This document shows positions 49,146-63,535 of a stretch of DNA of 64,000 nucleotides, piece by piece. This DNA is from Neophaeotheca triangularis (lineage: Eukaryota): assembly GCA_054600435.1 (NCBI GenBank), contig BAAIJX010000023.1, positions 186,001 through 250,000 of the forward strand, given 5' to 3'. A model generated the notes under the pieces. The model saw nothing but the letters and a program-made list of their open reading frames with translations, made no database searches and was not told where the DNA came from. Each line of letters starts with the position of its first letter. Position 1 is the stretch's first letter. The translations under genes were made by a program, and so were the position numbers.

Positions 49146-49641
49146 GGAGAGTGTGAAGAGGAGGAAGTGGTTGTACGTTTAGTGTTGTGTTGTGTTGATA
49201 GACATGTACAGATCACGGTGGAACTTTTTTGAGACAGATGGATAGTGGTATGCATGGATCTTGCATACACGGAGTATTTTCTTGTGAGATGTCGAGTCTA
49301 GGTATGCTTGCACCGAAAAAGCGAGTGCCGCCCGTCCCAGAGCACGTCATGGCTTTTGATTGAGCGTAGTCGCGTTTTGAAGGAAAAGCAACTGGCATGC
49401 CGTTTGGTGAGGAAGGTCGTTGGTAGCAAAGAAAGAGGTAGGAAAGAAGTATGGGTTGGTCGTCTCTCGTGCCTTGAAACTCGTAGCGACGTGTCTGTTA
49501 GATGGACACGGCTAATCGTGGAAGCGTGCCGACGTTGAAGGTCCTAGCAGGGAAAAAGCCTGCCAAAACGCGACGGAAGTTGAAATCGTCGGCTGTAGGG
49601 ACGCAGCTCCCTCGACCCGAGCACGGCGGTCGGCGAGACGG

Positions 49642-50494
49642 CTAGAAACCGTGGACCTGCAGTAGAGAAGAAGCAATATCAGCAAAAACCGCTCCTTCGT
49701 CCCTCCACCGCGAATGTAGTGGTAAGAAAAAGGGTCTCACCTTGATGGTCTTGGCATCCAACTCCAAGCCCTCCTTCTTATCGACCAAAAACTCCTGCAC
49801 GTCCTTGCGCTGGTCGCCCTGTAGCTGAATCACCTCACCCATCTCAGTGTCATTGACAATCGTGCCATTGCACGCAAACTTCTTCTTGATGACCTTGAGG
49901 ATCTTCTTCTGGTCGAACTTCTTGGGCAATCCTTGCACCGTCGTCAAGGTCTTGCGACCATTGCGCTCTGCGGCATCATCAATGTCAGGGAGTTGCTGGG
50001 TATGCGTTGCTTCCGGGCTATTCCAATCTGCTTGGGTCGGTAAGGTAGGCAACGGGGATCAAACGTACGCTGGATACGGATGTGGATGTAGTTCGCCTGC
50101 TGCTTCGACTCCCCGGTATCGTCATCTGCTTCGGCGAAGGGGTCTTCACAGTAGTAAAAAAAGTTATAAGTCAGCCGTCTGAAAATCCCAAGATTATTGT
50201 ACCAAATAGCCACGGCGAGAACCTCGCGGGCGCGTGAGCGAGCAGCTCCCATTTCACCACCCCAACCGCCCCATCCTTCCACCTCTTCACCTCTCCACGG
50301 CGCAAACACACTCTAGGCCCCCAATCACAGCGCGTCACCCACACAGCACAGCCGTCGCTCCCCCTTCCCTCCCTCAGCACCACGCCCGCACACGCGCCCA
50401 TGCAACTCGCCCTCACTCCCCACTCACGGGTACGCCAGGCAAGAAGAAAAAATAACTCACCGAAGGACTTGAGGTTCTCGATCTGCCCGGACAT
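49642..50494 (-). CDS. SUI1: Translation initiation factor eIF1 (exons 50494-50461, 50143-50069, 49967-49741, 49656-49642)
   Basis: Spliced MSGQIENLKSFDPFAEAD...YIHIRIQQRNGRKTLTTVQG...KKKFACNG...IQLQGDQR...IKVHGF*. Confidence 0.97.
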
Positions 50495-50635
50495 AAAAAG
50501 CGACGCGCTGGGCTAGCCTGGTTTTTTGCTTCGGAAGTGGGTTCGAAAAAGAGGGGGAAAAAAAGAGGTTCGACAGTGCTTTTGGAATTCGTCGAGAGGC
50601 TTGGAGTGGAGAGGGAGAAAGACCTGCTGCCGCTG

Positions 50636-50670
50636 GTAGTAGTAGTTGTTGTTGTTGTTGTTGGTGGTTG
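50636..50670 (-). repeat. (CAA)n/(CTA)n microsatellite upstream of SUI1
   Basis: Plus strand gtagtagtagttgttgttgttgttgttggtggttg. Confidence 0.7.
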
Positions 50671-51194
50671 AGTGAGAGTGCAAGAGGGAAAGTTGTTGTT
50701 GTCAACTAGAGTGAGTGAGGTAACGTCAAGTCTGGAAGGCTGTGTAATGAGAAGAGATGACCTCCCCTCCCCCCACCTTCCCACCACCTCCCACCCGACC
50801 CTTTCGCGAATCGAGTGTGGCGGATACGCCAAGGCTGGCTGTGATGTCACGTGCGCTCTCTTTTGCACTGTTGCTGTACACTGGCTCAGGCAATCATATA
50901 ATGCGACGACAATACCTACCCAAGTAACGTAACACTATCTAGACCGTCACTGGCAGCCTCACATGTGCAAGAATTGCAAGCAACATGTATAATCAATTCA
51001 TTCACAGTCATATCCCGCTGCAGCAATCTATGTATACTCGAGAACCATCCACGCTTGGCAGCAGTAGAACGAGCGAAGGCAGCCAAAATGCCACCAACTT
51101 TTGCCCCTCGAAAATATCCCTCACAGCCCCTCCCTTCCTTCATCCATGCCGACTCCTTCCCAACACGTATATGTAACCGGTCAAACTCTTTCCC

Positions 51195-53055
<1,861 letters not shown>

Positions 53056-54429
53056 TGTGTCGTGTGTGTTCGTTCTGTAGATCCAGGTCAGAGGTCAATC
53101 CAACTATTCCCAACTTCAAGTGCAACGAAATAGCAAGTGGGCAGTAGGCAAGAGCAGCGAAGTTTCAATTCCAACGTCGACGACGAAAGTCAAGTCGAGT
53201 CCGATAGCAACAGCCGCCGCAGCAGGAACGAACTCCCCCCAGAAAAAAAGCCACTGGCAGCAATGGAAAAACAGATACATTAAACGATCAACTCACCCCT
53301 GAAAATCTATCTCAAGCACTCCTTCGAAGAATCAAATCACAACTGACGACGGGGAAAACAAAGATACAAAGGTCTGAGGAGGAAAGAAGCACACTCGCGG
53401 ATACCAAACACCAGCATATAATAATACCTAAGTATCAATCAATACACCCAAACAATTATCATCATCGCAAAAAGGACTCGGGAACCAAACGAGTGCGCCC
53501 CCCCTTGGGTAGCTTCCATTCGCCAGACGCGGGCCTGCATCAGCCGGCGCCGATGATGTGATTCTCGCCGAGCCAATTTTTTTTCCCACACCTCCCGGGC
53601 AGTTCCCACCTCCCTCATCACTCACTCACTACTACTAACTTACAGTGAAAGTAGTTAGTACTGTGGAGTTGTGCTTCTGCCGCCGTCTGTCCGGTGTCTC
53701 CCCATTTGCGGAGCCCAATGGGCCATGGCATCACTTCTACTCGTCGTGGTAGCGGTTTTGCTTCGTTGGCGCGCTCGTCTCAACGTTAACGATGAATAGT
53801 AAAGACCCTACTACTAGTTACTGTATCTCCGACCGCGGTTGGTGAAGGCGTGATAGGGCTAGCTACTGTACAAGTACTGTCATGTTGATTGCGGCTGACA
53901 CCTGTCGGGTATTCAATGAGGCTGTGACGCGGCGTTGACGCTTCATCGTGAGACAGTGAGATGAGAGGAAGAACGACACATCGCCAGGAGGCCTAATCTC
54001 ACCCCATTACAAGTTACTTAAGGCTGATTGATACCCTTCAGCCCAAGTCTTGTTGGGGTGCGAGAATGATAGGTATGAATGTGGTAGTTTTTGATTCTTT
54101 TTTTTCTTTTTGATTCATATTTCAGTCTATCATGCTTCGTCTTCCACCAAAGAACCTCGGTGTTGAACGGTATCTACAAAGAAGCACGAGGCGTGCAGCA
54201 ACGGCGACGACGATCAAACTCGCTCGCTCGCTCGAACAAGGACAACAACAAAACGCCTCCCGCGCTCCGGGATATATAGCATGCAAAGCAAGGACCCAAA
54301 ACGCCAATCGCTAATCGTCAGAATTTTCCATCAACCCTCACACCGAGCAAAAACTCCCTGATGCATCATGCAACGCCTTCTGTATCGTCATGAAAGGAGT
54401 TAGAACTTTTCCGCACCCGCAGACAACCA

Positions 54430-55326
54430 TCATGCCGTCGACTCGATCTTCAGACCTTGACTGATGGCGTCGCTCAATTCCTTTTGTCGTTTCTCCTCCT
54501 GTTCTTGCAGAAACATGGCGTACCGGCTGCGCTTGTTGTGGATACCGCACTCAGACTTCTTCTGGCCCCTCCAGCGACCGGCACGCTCGTCCTCACTGTC
54601 AGTAACAGGTTGGGTGGAGTGCCAATCGCCGACGGAACGGTAGCCCTGCTCGAGGAGAGTGTTGGTGGGAACCTCGTTTTCCTTGATGTACTCCTGGACT
54701 TGCTTGAAGGTCCAGTTGGCGAGAGGGTTGACCTTGATCAAGCCCGCGTCGTCGACTTCGAGGATATCGATTTCACCACGCTTTCCACCTTGCGTGCGGC
54801 GACGACCGGTCATGACGGCTTTGACGTTCAAATCGGAGTAGGCGCGTTGAGCGGGCTCAACTTTGGCAACGTAGTCGTAAAGCTCGTCGTTGGTCTCCCA
54901 CAGCCTCTCGCCGTGCTTGGCTTCGAAATCCTTGGCCGTCTCGCAACCCTCGGGTTTGTAGGTGTGGATTTTGAGTTGAGGGTAGCGTTGCTGTACCCTC
55001 TTGACAAGATCGATCGTCTCGTTGAAGTGGTATAGAGTATCGAGGAAAATGAGGTCGATGTTGGGCTGGATCACGAAATCGTTCTTGGCGATCATGTCCA
55101 TGATGGCGAGACCAGTGAGACCAAAGGCCGAGGTTTGGTAGAGGTTGGGAAGTGAAGTAAGGCACCATTTGAGGACATCCTGGGGCTCGAGTTTTGCTAA
55201 TTGCTGGTTCAGGAACTTTAGGTGTGGCTTCGAGAAGTAGACCTCAGGCAGGCTTTGTGTCGAACTGCCGCTCGCATATCCAGACTCTACCTCCCGGTCG
55301 GATGAGCTGCCTCTGCGGAAACCCAT
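54430..55326 (-). CDS. MET16: Phosphoadenosine phosphosulfate (PAPS) reductase
   Basis: QTSAFGLTG, FLDTLYHF, AKVEP, TGRRRTQ, GYRSVGDWHST and ERAGRW..KSECGIH; ATG at 55326 in ACC context. Confidence 0.97.
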   Translation of the reverse strand: MGFRRGSSSDREVESGYASGSSTQSLPEVYFSKPHLKFLNQQLAKLEPQDVLKWCLTSLPNLYQTSAFGLTGLAIMDMIAKNDFVIQPNIDLIFLDTLYHFNETIDLVKRVQQRYPQLKIHTYKPEGCETAKDFEAKHGERLWETNDELYDYVAKVEPAQRAYSDLNVKAVMTGRRRTQGGKRGEIDILEVDDAGLIKVNPLANWTFKQVQEYIKENEVPTNTLLEQGYRSVGDWHSTQPVTDSEDERAGRWRGQKKSECGIHNKRSRYAMFLQEQEEKRQKELSDAISQGLKIESTA

Positions 55327-56568
55327 GGTGTGAAGAGATGTAAAAGGACCGCTCGAGTTGCGAGTAAGAGTGTTTGTATTGTGGTTTGAATGTTTGCAAG
55401 GAAGTTGCAACTCTGTGGCGTTTCCTTGTGAATCTCTGTAGGTGAATGAGGTTGGACAGAGAAGAGGTGTGGATGATGATGTAGTAGTCGAATATATGAA
55501 ATGAAGACGAAGAGAAGAATTGATTAGCAAGAAGCAATAGAACCCACCCACCTCTCAATGCCGAATAATGTCGTGCTCAGGCTCGTCTTAGAAATCCCCA
55601 CTGCAAAAGTTGCGAGCATGTCGCCAAAGATGGCGTGATATGAACTAGACCAAAAGAAGAATTTCGACCCATTGTTCTCGCCGCCATCGGTCTTTGATTT
55701 GTTGAATGGACGAAGACGAAGGTGAGTTAGTAATCATTCCAGAGCGCATCGAGGTTGACGTCGTTGCCTTCAACCCTTACCAGGTACTAGTAAGTTCCGG
55801 GCCATGACAAGATCTCGTTTTCCCACGTTTGGCACATCCATCACCACTTGTACCTGTTTGTACTTGTGTAGTCGGTGCCTGCAGTCCGGGTAGTAGCCGA
55901 TACCGAGCGACTTGCCCACTGCAGAGTTGCTGAGAAGGGGGTTTTCTTTGTGCTCTTTCTAATCAATACCTGACGAACCTGGCAAAGCCGGTCTTAACAA
56001 AGCAAAGCCATTTCCTCCACGCTCGTTAAGGTTGGGTATTGTAAGCATCATGTTTCAATACTAGTATTAGATGGCCGTGTAGCGGTACTAGACTACTAGT
56101 AGTTGGCGGGCCTTTGGGAACGCGCGAGAGCCCGCCGAGAGCCTCAACATCCCGCCATCCATTCGTCGGCCGACTGGGCAATGATGATGCTGTTCCCCGC
56201 GACAATGACGAGCGGCAGATCGTGCGACGGCGTGCGAATGGCGCTGAACGGCAACATCAACTCCGATCCTGCCAGCACCCGTTCACCATTAATGCTTTCA
56301 ATCTCCCCATCATGTGCAACGAAGACGTGACCCATGTCTGAAGTGGCGAAAAGACGCACGTCAATCGCGGGGTCCTTCATCATATCAGGCTGTCAGGCAT
56401 CATTGTGGGGCATATCAGATACCTTAGCTATGCAGACTTTCACTTCACTCCCCTCGCCAGCAAAGCTAGCAGAAATCAGCTAGCTCGCACGTGATATCAA
56501 ATTCCCCCTTCCCTCAACCTCTCACAACCCACCACTCTCCCCGCCCCAAAACCCACACCTCTACAAAC

Positions 56569-57118
56569 ATGGCCGACGCCGACCTCGAAGAGATCCGCCG
56601 CGCGCGCCTCCAACAACTCCAAGAACAAGGCGGCGGGAGCCAACCCAGCGGCAATGCCCCCGGCAACGCCAGCGGCAGCGAAGGCCAGAGCGAAGAAGAG
56701 CAAAAGTATCTCTCCCCCCCATTTCCCCCCCTCAAAAAAAACCCCTCCCTCCACAACCCCAACTAACCAAACCCCCCCCTCCTCCCCTCCCCTCCACAGA
56801 CAATCCCAACAATCCCGCATGCGCGAATCCATCCTCTCCCAAATCCTCGAACCCGCCGCCGCCGACCGCCTCGGCCGCATCCGCCTCGTCAAAGCCAGCC
56901 GCGCCGAAGACGTCGAGAACCGGCTCATAGCGCTCGCGCGGTCCGGCCAGTTGCGCGCGCGAGTCGGCGAGGAGCAGTTGAAGGAGATCCTGAACGCCGT
57001 GAGCGAGCAGCAGGAAGGGCAGGGAGGGGGCGACGGGGGCGCTGGCAGGGTCGTGCAGAGGCGCAAAGCCGGGGGCTGGGATGAGGATGATTTGGATGAT
57101 TTGCTGAGGGAGGATTAG
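56569..57118 (+). CDS. PDCD5: PDCD5/TFAR19 family dsDNA-binding protein (exons 56569-56705, 56800-57118)
   Basis: MADADLEEIRRARLQQL, SILSQILEPAAADRLGRIRLVK and ENRLIALARSGQL; GTAT..ACTAAC..CAG intron. Confidence 0.93.
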
Positions 57119-57921
57119 GACACCTTGGGGGGCTTCTCTGGTGGAGGGGGTCGGGACGGTTGCTGGAGCTTTTTGGCTTTTTTTTGGGCGGGGCCGCGCG
57201 TGTGTTGCTTGCCCTGCTTGCGGGATAGCGGTGGGACGATGTGTGTATTCTCCTAGCGAGGCGTTCACGGACTAGGGCGGAAGATGCAAATTCAAGGCTT
57301 CCACATTTTCGAAAGACGCGAGTTTCGCACCTACTATTCGTGCGCCGCGGCAGGACGAGAAGGCAGTTGGAAAAGTTTGAAGACTTCCAGCCGCACCGAC
57401 TCCTGTCTAGTAAGAGAAGAAGCAGAGAAGCGTACGAGTGAGAGGCCCTCCGAGAAAGTTGCAGCGAACAGCCGTGCTAAGCAAGACAGAACCCCTGGCT
57501 GTCGAAAGATAAAAGCCCCTATGTCACTCACTCGTTCCCCCGATGCTCGGAAGGCATGTAACAGCAACATCCGAGACCACGACGGCAGAACCAAAGCCCG
57601 CTCACAGAGCGGCGAGCAGACCGCGGAAGGCTTCGATCACGACGAAGATCAATATGAAATTTACAGCAGGAGATTAGGAGATTCATACACAGCCGTCAGG
57701 AATTAACTATACCAACTCTTCCTTCCGCCCAAACCCTTCAGCCTCCAACCTGCCCCCTTTCCCTCCAACCCCCAAATCAGCCCCTGCTTGAAGAGAAGAA
57801 AGAAGGAAGTATCGGGTATCGAGCGCCCCTATCTCCTAACTTACTCACTCATCCCTCATCTATCCTCTCTCCCACCGATCCTACTCACTCACCCATTCCC
57901 CCACAACTCGCTCTCGACCAA

Positions 57922-60415
57922 TCAATCCTCATCAAAAATCGCAGTCGCGTGTTGCAAAATCGTATCCAGCACTTTGGCCTGTAAGTGTGAATGCGCCATG
58001 GAACCTTCTTGTTGGCCCATGAGGGAGGGTCTGCGGAATCACACGACTGTCAGTCAAATCTCTTGTGGCATCGGTGGTGGGTGTTGATTATGGATGAAGG
58101 CGAAACAGAGACAAGTAGGAAGAGGCGGAGAAAGGGGAGAAGAGACAGGGGAAAAGGGAAGAAACTCACGCTAAACACAGTCCCAACTGAGGGCTTCCCA
58201 TGCGGTTGCGGCTCTCATACTGCATCACGCGATGCAAATGCAAGACAATCGCTCTCAGCGTCGCATAATTCGGATCCGGCAAATCATTAATGCTCTGATG
58301 CAGCGCATCCCTGCGCATGCCCTCTTCCTCAATTTGACTGGCTTCGATGAAGGATGCATAACCGGCGCGAGTGAACAACGGGTCGGGAAGTTCGCGGAAG
58401 AAGAGTTTCAGCAGGTTGGCGACGGAGTTGACGTCGTGGAAAAAGTTTGCCGGGTTCCGAAAGTCTGTGGTGGAGGTGGGGCTAGAAGGGGATTGGTTGT
58501 TGAAGGCTGAGCGCAGGGCGTTGACGTGGCTGGTAGTGCCTGACAGTCGGTAGATTCCTTCGACTTCGAGACCGTAGGTATCGATTGCGAGGATGCATTG
58601 GTAGACTACCATGGGTACGGCTGATTGGTCGCGGTGGAAGAGTTCCGAAAGCGAGACGCCAAATACGGGTTTGCTTGGGACGGTAGGGGAGGGGGGACCG
58701 CTGGGGTGGTTGTTGGGTCCGGAGTTCGGGGTCTGAGGAGCTAGGCCTGGGGAGGTTGGGTTGGAGGGTGCGGATGTTGTTGGTGGGATGGCGGAGAGAT
58801 TGTAGTTGTTTGGTAGGGTGCCGGCTGGGGGTGGGGAGTTGAAACGGCCGGGTGGTGGGCCTGGTGGTGCTTGAGGGCCGGATCCACCTGGACTGGCGGT
58901 CATGTCACGGTTGTTCTCGGAGGGGTGGACCGGGTATGGAGGACCGGGGGAGCAGTCGTCGCGGGGTGGTGGCGCGTTGTTGAAAGCGGATTGCTGACGA
59001 GTGGAAAACGAAGAAGGTTGTTCAGGCATGGTGGGCGAGACTGGACCGCCATAAGACTGTTGTGCAGATGGCTGTGTGGAGAAGCTTGATGTTGGAGGCT
59101 TTGTCGGCTGATAAGCTGGGGAGAACTGCGAGCCTGGTACTTGCTGCGAATAGCGGTTGTTGGTTGAAGGAGGTTGGGAGCTGCTTGTGTTGGCGCCCAT
59201 TGAAGTGTTCGAGGACAAAGTTGGGGGCTCTGGTTGAGAGAGAAAGCCAGGAGGAGCTGCGCTCGTAGAAGGTTGCTGTTGCTTAGGCGCCAGAGTGCGA
59301 TGCTTCTCGTACGCAATCTCACTCGGCTTGGTAATCTTTCCCCTATAACTACCAACGTAGCCGTGGAAGTCGTTGTCGTTGTTGATATCGAAGATGATAT
59401 CGCGAAGGCTGCGCTGCGTTTGAGGAGTCTCTTTATCCGTCAATGGACTCACCGCTACACCATTTCCTAGAAGTAGCTTCTCATTGAACGTAGCTGTTTC
59501 GTTGTGTTAGACAGTTTCACTCATTTTGAGACAGTGATCAAACTTACCAAACTTCTGCAATTGCAACGTAAGAGCACTATCACACTCCTTGATAAGCTGC
59601 TGCAACTGACGTACCGCATCCGGCCTCTGCTTTTCGAACAAAAGTGTCCTCTGCGCCTGTGCCTGCCTGACCTTGGTCTCATAATCCTCGTCGGCTTGGG
59701 CAAGCTTCTTTTGCAGGTCCTGCTCATACTGCTCCGAATTCTTGACGCCCTTCAACCCTAGCCTTTTACTCCCTTTGACATCGCCCGTCTTGGCTCGGTC
59801 AAGATCCTCAGCCAGAGAATCATACCGCAGCTTAGCCTTTTGCATGAGAGCTTCAGCGTCTGTCGCCTTCTTCTCCGAGTCCAGACCTTCATGCTTCCAT
59901 TGCTTCCTGCCCCGCTCCATAGTGTTGCTCAACTCGTTCAAATCCTCATGCATCTGGTGCAAAGACAGCGCGAACTGCATGCCGTTATCGCCCATGCGTT
60001 CGTGCACGCGCATGACCTCGGCCATTTGCGTAGCGTAGCTGCCACTCTTGCCATCGCTTCGCTTGAGATTGTCAAGTTGGGTCTTGGCTAGACGTTTCAC
60101 ACCAGTGGCCTGGTCCTCTTCCAGGCTGGAGCGTTTCTTCAGGAAAGCCGCGAATTCGCGGGCAGAGGAAATGGATTGTTTGAGGCGGTTGAGGAGGGTG
60201 GTAATGCCAATGTCAGATTGGAGGACGTCGGTGACTTGTTGAGGTGGGCCAGAGGGGGGGCTGTTGGCGGCTGCAGAGGGGATAGTGGTGGAAGCATTGT
60301 TGTTGCTACTCGGGCCTGGCGCGGCTGGGGCTGTCGTAGTGACGGGGCTGCTGGGTGCCGAGTCGCCGTCAATGGAGCTGCCGTTCTTCTCGTCCTTGTC
60401 TGGTTCTGCCGACAT
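57922..60415 (-). CDS. RGD1: F-BAR/FCH plus RhoGAP protein (exons 60415-59548, 59493-58170, 58030-57922)
   Basis: SDIGITTLLNRLKQSI FCH start, VFGVSL, GLEVEGIYRLSG arginine finger, LLKLFFRELPDPLFT and NRM; spliced end PSLMG...AIFDED*. Confidence 0.93.
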
Positions 60416-60754
60416 TGTGGATGGCGTGCGGGTGAGGGTGTAGTGGTAGGTAGAGAGTATGGTGTTAGGTATGGAGGAGTATGCTTGAGGGGGGCAGCTG
60501 TCGAGTCCAACTCCAACCAATGGAAGTCGACCCCCCCCCGGTCCGTCATAGCCACAATACACAATGTCAACAAAGTGTGGCGCAGTCGACTTGTACACGC
60601 GAGCTCCATCATCGTCAGCTCTCCCCCGCTAACAGAGCAAAAGCACCTCATCCTCAAACACCGACGACATACACTTACCACAACTGCACCATCTTCACTC
60701 AATAACTTCGCCACATACCAACCATCAAACCACCACCCCCACGCTCCTCCGATC

Positions 60755-61641
60755 ATGTCACATCCCGCCGACGCCCAACCGCCACTGAGCTGGGAAACGA
60801 GCGCCTCGTCCAACAACCCCACCGTCTCCAACAAACTCCCCGACCAAGTAGTGACCTGTCTAGAAAATGCACGCTTCGTAAGATTAAACCCTAACATTCC
60901 CATAAACCCCGGCACCTTGCACGCATAGACTAACCTCAAACCTTCCCACAGCTGCACCTCGCGACGGCAGCCCAAAACATCCCCCACGTCAGCCTAATGA
61001 ACTATACCTACCTGCCCTCGAGCAGCAGCAACCCCACCACCCCCAACCCCGCAACAACCACCATGCGCCCTTCCTCCCTTCCCTCTGGCCCAACAATCAT
61101 AATGACCACCAATCCCTCCTCGCGCAAAACCCACAACCTCCTCTCCAATCCGGCCGTCTCCCTCCTCGTCCATGACTGGGTCTCCCACCGTCCAGCCACA
61201 ACCAACACCTCCAGCACTTCCCCGACAACTGGTCGCTCCTCCTCTCCCGCAGTCCCTCGCTCCAGCCTCGCCAACATGCTCATGCAGATGAATTCCGCAG
61301 CCGTCTCCTCGATTTCCGCCACCATCAATGGCGAAGCACGAGTGCTGGAAGTCGGGACGGAAGAGGAGGCGTGGTGTAAGCGCGCGCATTTGGCGAATAA
61401 CACTTTTGAAGGGCAGGATGGTGCGGGCATGTTTGGGGCTTCTGGAAATTGGAGCGGGGTGCCTGGGGATGGTGGGAGAGAGAGTTATATCGAGGATGAT
61501 GAGGTTAGGGTTGTGGTTGTGAGGGTCAGGGATGGCAGGATTAGTGATTGGAAAGGTGGGGTGCGGGACTGGGTTGTTAGGGATGAAGAGGGGGAGGACG
61601 TTGGAGGTGTGAATGGGGGGTTGGTAAATGGGGTGGCTTAA
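60755..61641 (+). CDS. Pyridoxamine 5'-phosphate oxidase-like FMN-binding split-barrel protein (YGR017W-like) (exons 60755-60877, 60952-61641)
   Basis: LPDQVVTCLENARF/LHLAT..PHVSLMNYTY, SRKTHNLLSNPAVSLLVHDW and GRISDWKG; divergent from RGD1 across 339 bp. Confidence 0.88.
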
Positions 61642-63509
61642 TGTTCGATCAGGGGGCATGGTTACTCGGTTTGCTTGTGAAGAAAGTTTAGCGTGGCGTA
61701 TGGGCGTCTGTTGGCTGTTGCGAAGAGGTTGTAACATGGGTAAAGCCGTCTCTGCGTTCAGCTGCTGGAGGTTGCGGTTCCACACTTTTCCCATTGCTTA
61801 CGGTAGGCACACTGGGGTGCCCTTCATCTTCGACCTTTTTTAAACCCTCTCCCACTTCACCAGAAAAATGGTTTCAAAGATCGAGAGCAGCAATGAAAGC
61901 ATTAGCAACGAGACCAAAAAGGAGACCTACGCTGGCTCAAAAAAGAAGTAAAAAAGAAAAGAAGACAGCACGCAATCCCCAGCAAAATCTCCCGCTGGCT
62001 AGATTCGTTCCAATTTCGACTTCAATGACAATAGAGCTAGATTTGGGTGATACGCCGCTAAAAAGTTGATTGGGTTCATTCAGGGATTCGCAATCATCTG
62101 CCCTGGCACCTTCGAGGGAGTCGATTAAGACTACTCGGCAAGAGTGACGTAGAAAGGGAAGACTGATGGAGGCTGATGATGCTGCTGCGGTGTTTTGCCT
62201 TGAATAAGACGGCTTTATCCGTACAGGGGGTGAGTGTACGAGAAGCTTTGCCGGACGATGAGAGAGCATCAGTTCACGCCTACCTATCCCTTCCGTGGCC
62301 CTTACTACACGAATACGCAGCCACACGCCGAGACGTAAATTCAATGGCGAAAAAGATATTATGCAATACCGACCTCATGCATTGCTGAAGCTAGCGACCG
62401 GTAGCTTTGGTAGCGCAAATAAGCATAATCAACATTAAGCTTATTAAGCACCCCTTACTCAACTCCTTCGAGACCTAAGCCACTTGACAACCCAGCCAAC
62501 CGAAAAAACAGTAAAAATCCACGATCTACTCGAAGCTGAGTACTCGGACCTAGTGCTCTGAATGACATGGTACTTGCAAAAGTTGCGACAATGCTGTTGG
62601 TGTTTAGTTAGCTCTTGAGGTGAGGTCTTTGCGGGTCTAGGTCTTAGTGCAGCTGTCAACATCATCTAGCCTCGAAGAGCTGGGAAGAGAAAGTAAGGAC
62701 ATCTAGGGGCGTGATATGGTACGAGGACATCGCCGACTCGGGTTAATGCTGTTTCCACAGCCTTGTAAGGAGATGTCCTCTTAAAAGTAGCAACGTCCTC
62801 ACCCTCCAAGCAATGTCCTCCCAAAAAGCAACAAGTACAAGTACTCCCCACCCCTCTCCCATCGATCTTCCAATCCTCCAAACCCTACCCATCACACATC
62901 CCAACCCACCAACCACACACACCACCCACCAAACCACCGCATACAACCCCACCGAAACCACAACCCAAACCCACCGCACCCAAGCCCCCGCCCCCGCACG
63001 CCCAAAACCACCCCCCCTCGCTCCCACAACAAACAAACCATGCCCTGCACCCGCCCAACCACCCGCGCCAAAACCGCCACGAGCTCCGCAACCCACACCA
63101 CGGCCCTGCTGAACCTCAGCCTCCGCCGCGCCCGCAAGATCTCCCAGCTCCTCACCACCACCACCGCCGCTGGGCCCAAGAGTCGCGGCAACCTCGCGAC
63201 CAGCAGTTCCAGCACGCCTGGGCCGCTACTGCCCCTTCGCGCGAGACGGCCGATTGTTCTTAGGCTTGGTAGGGGCTTGGAGCGGCCGCTGAATGGAATG
63301 GGGGGGCGGGAGTGAGGGAGGGTTGGGGGAGTTGGTGGCGAGTTGGCGCCCCGGGCGGGAAGGGAGGGGGCTGGGCTGGTTTTAGGGGGCTGGGGTGCTA
63401 AAGGGAGGGGGTTTTGTTTTGGCGGTGGTTAAGGGTGTCGAGGGCCCTAGGTCGGTTTTTGACGTTGGGGTTGCCGGTTTGTGCTGAGGTTTGGGCGGTT
63501 TTTTTGAAT

Positions 63510-63535
63510 GGGGGGGGGGGGGGGGGGGGGGGGGG
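63510..63535 (+). repeat. Poly(G) homopolymer, 26 nt
   Basis: Direct count; it sits within a G/T-rich low-complexity block. Confidence 0.9.

Noticed and set aside
50144..50460. Long first SUI1 intron as a snoRNA or riboswitch host
   Set aside because: I could not identify paired C/D boxes, an H/ACA layout or TPP aptamer motifs.
50916..51194. Long in-frame extension after the MET3 stop (possible readthrough)
   Set aside because: TAG-G is not a leaky context, and the extension ends without a PTS1 or other signal.
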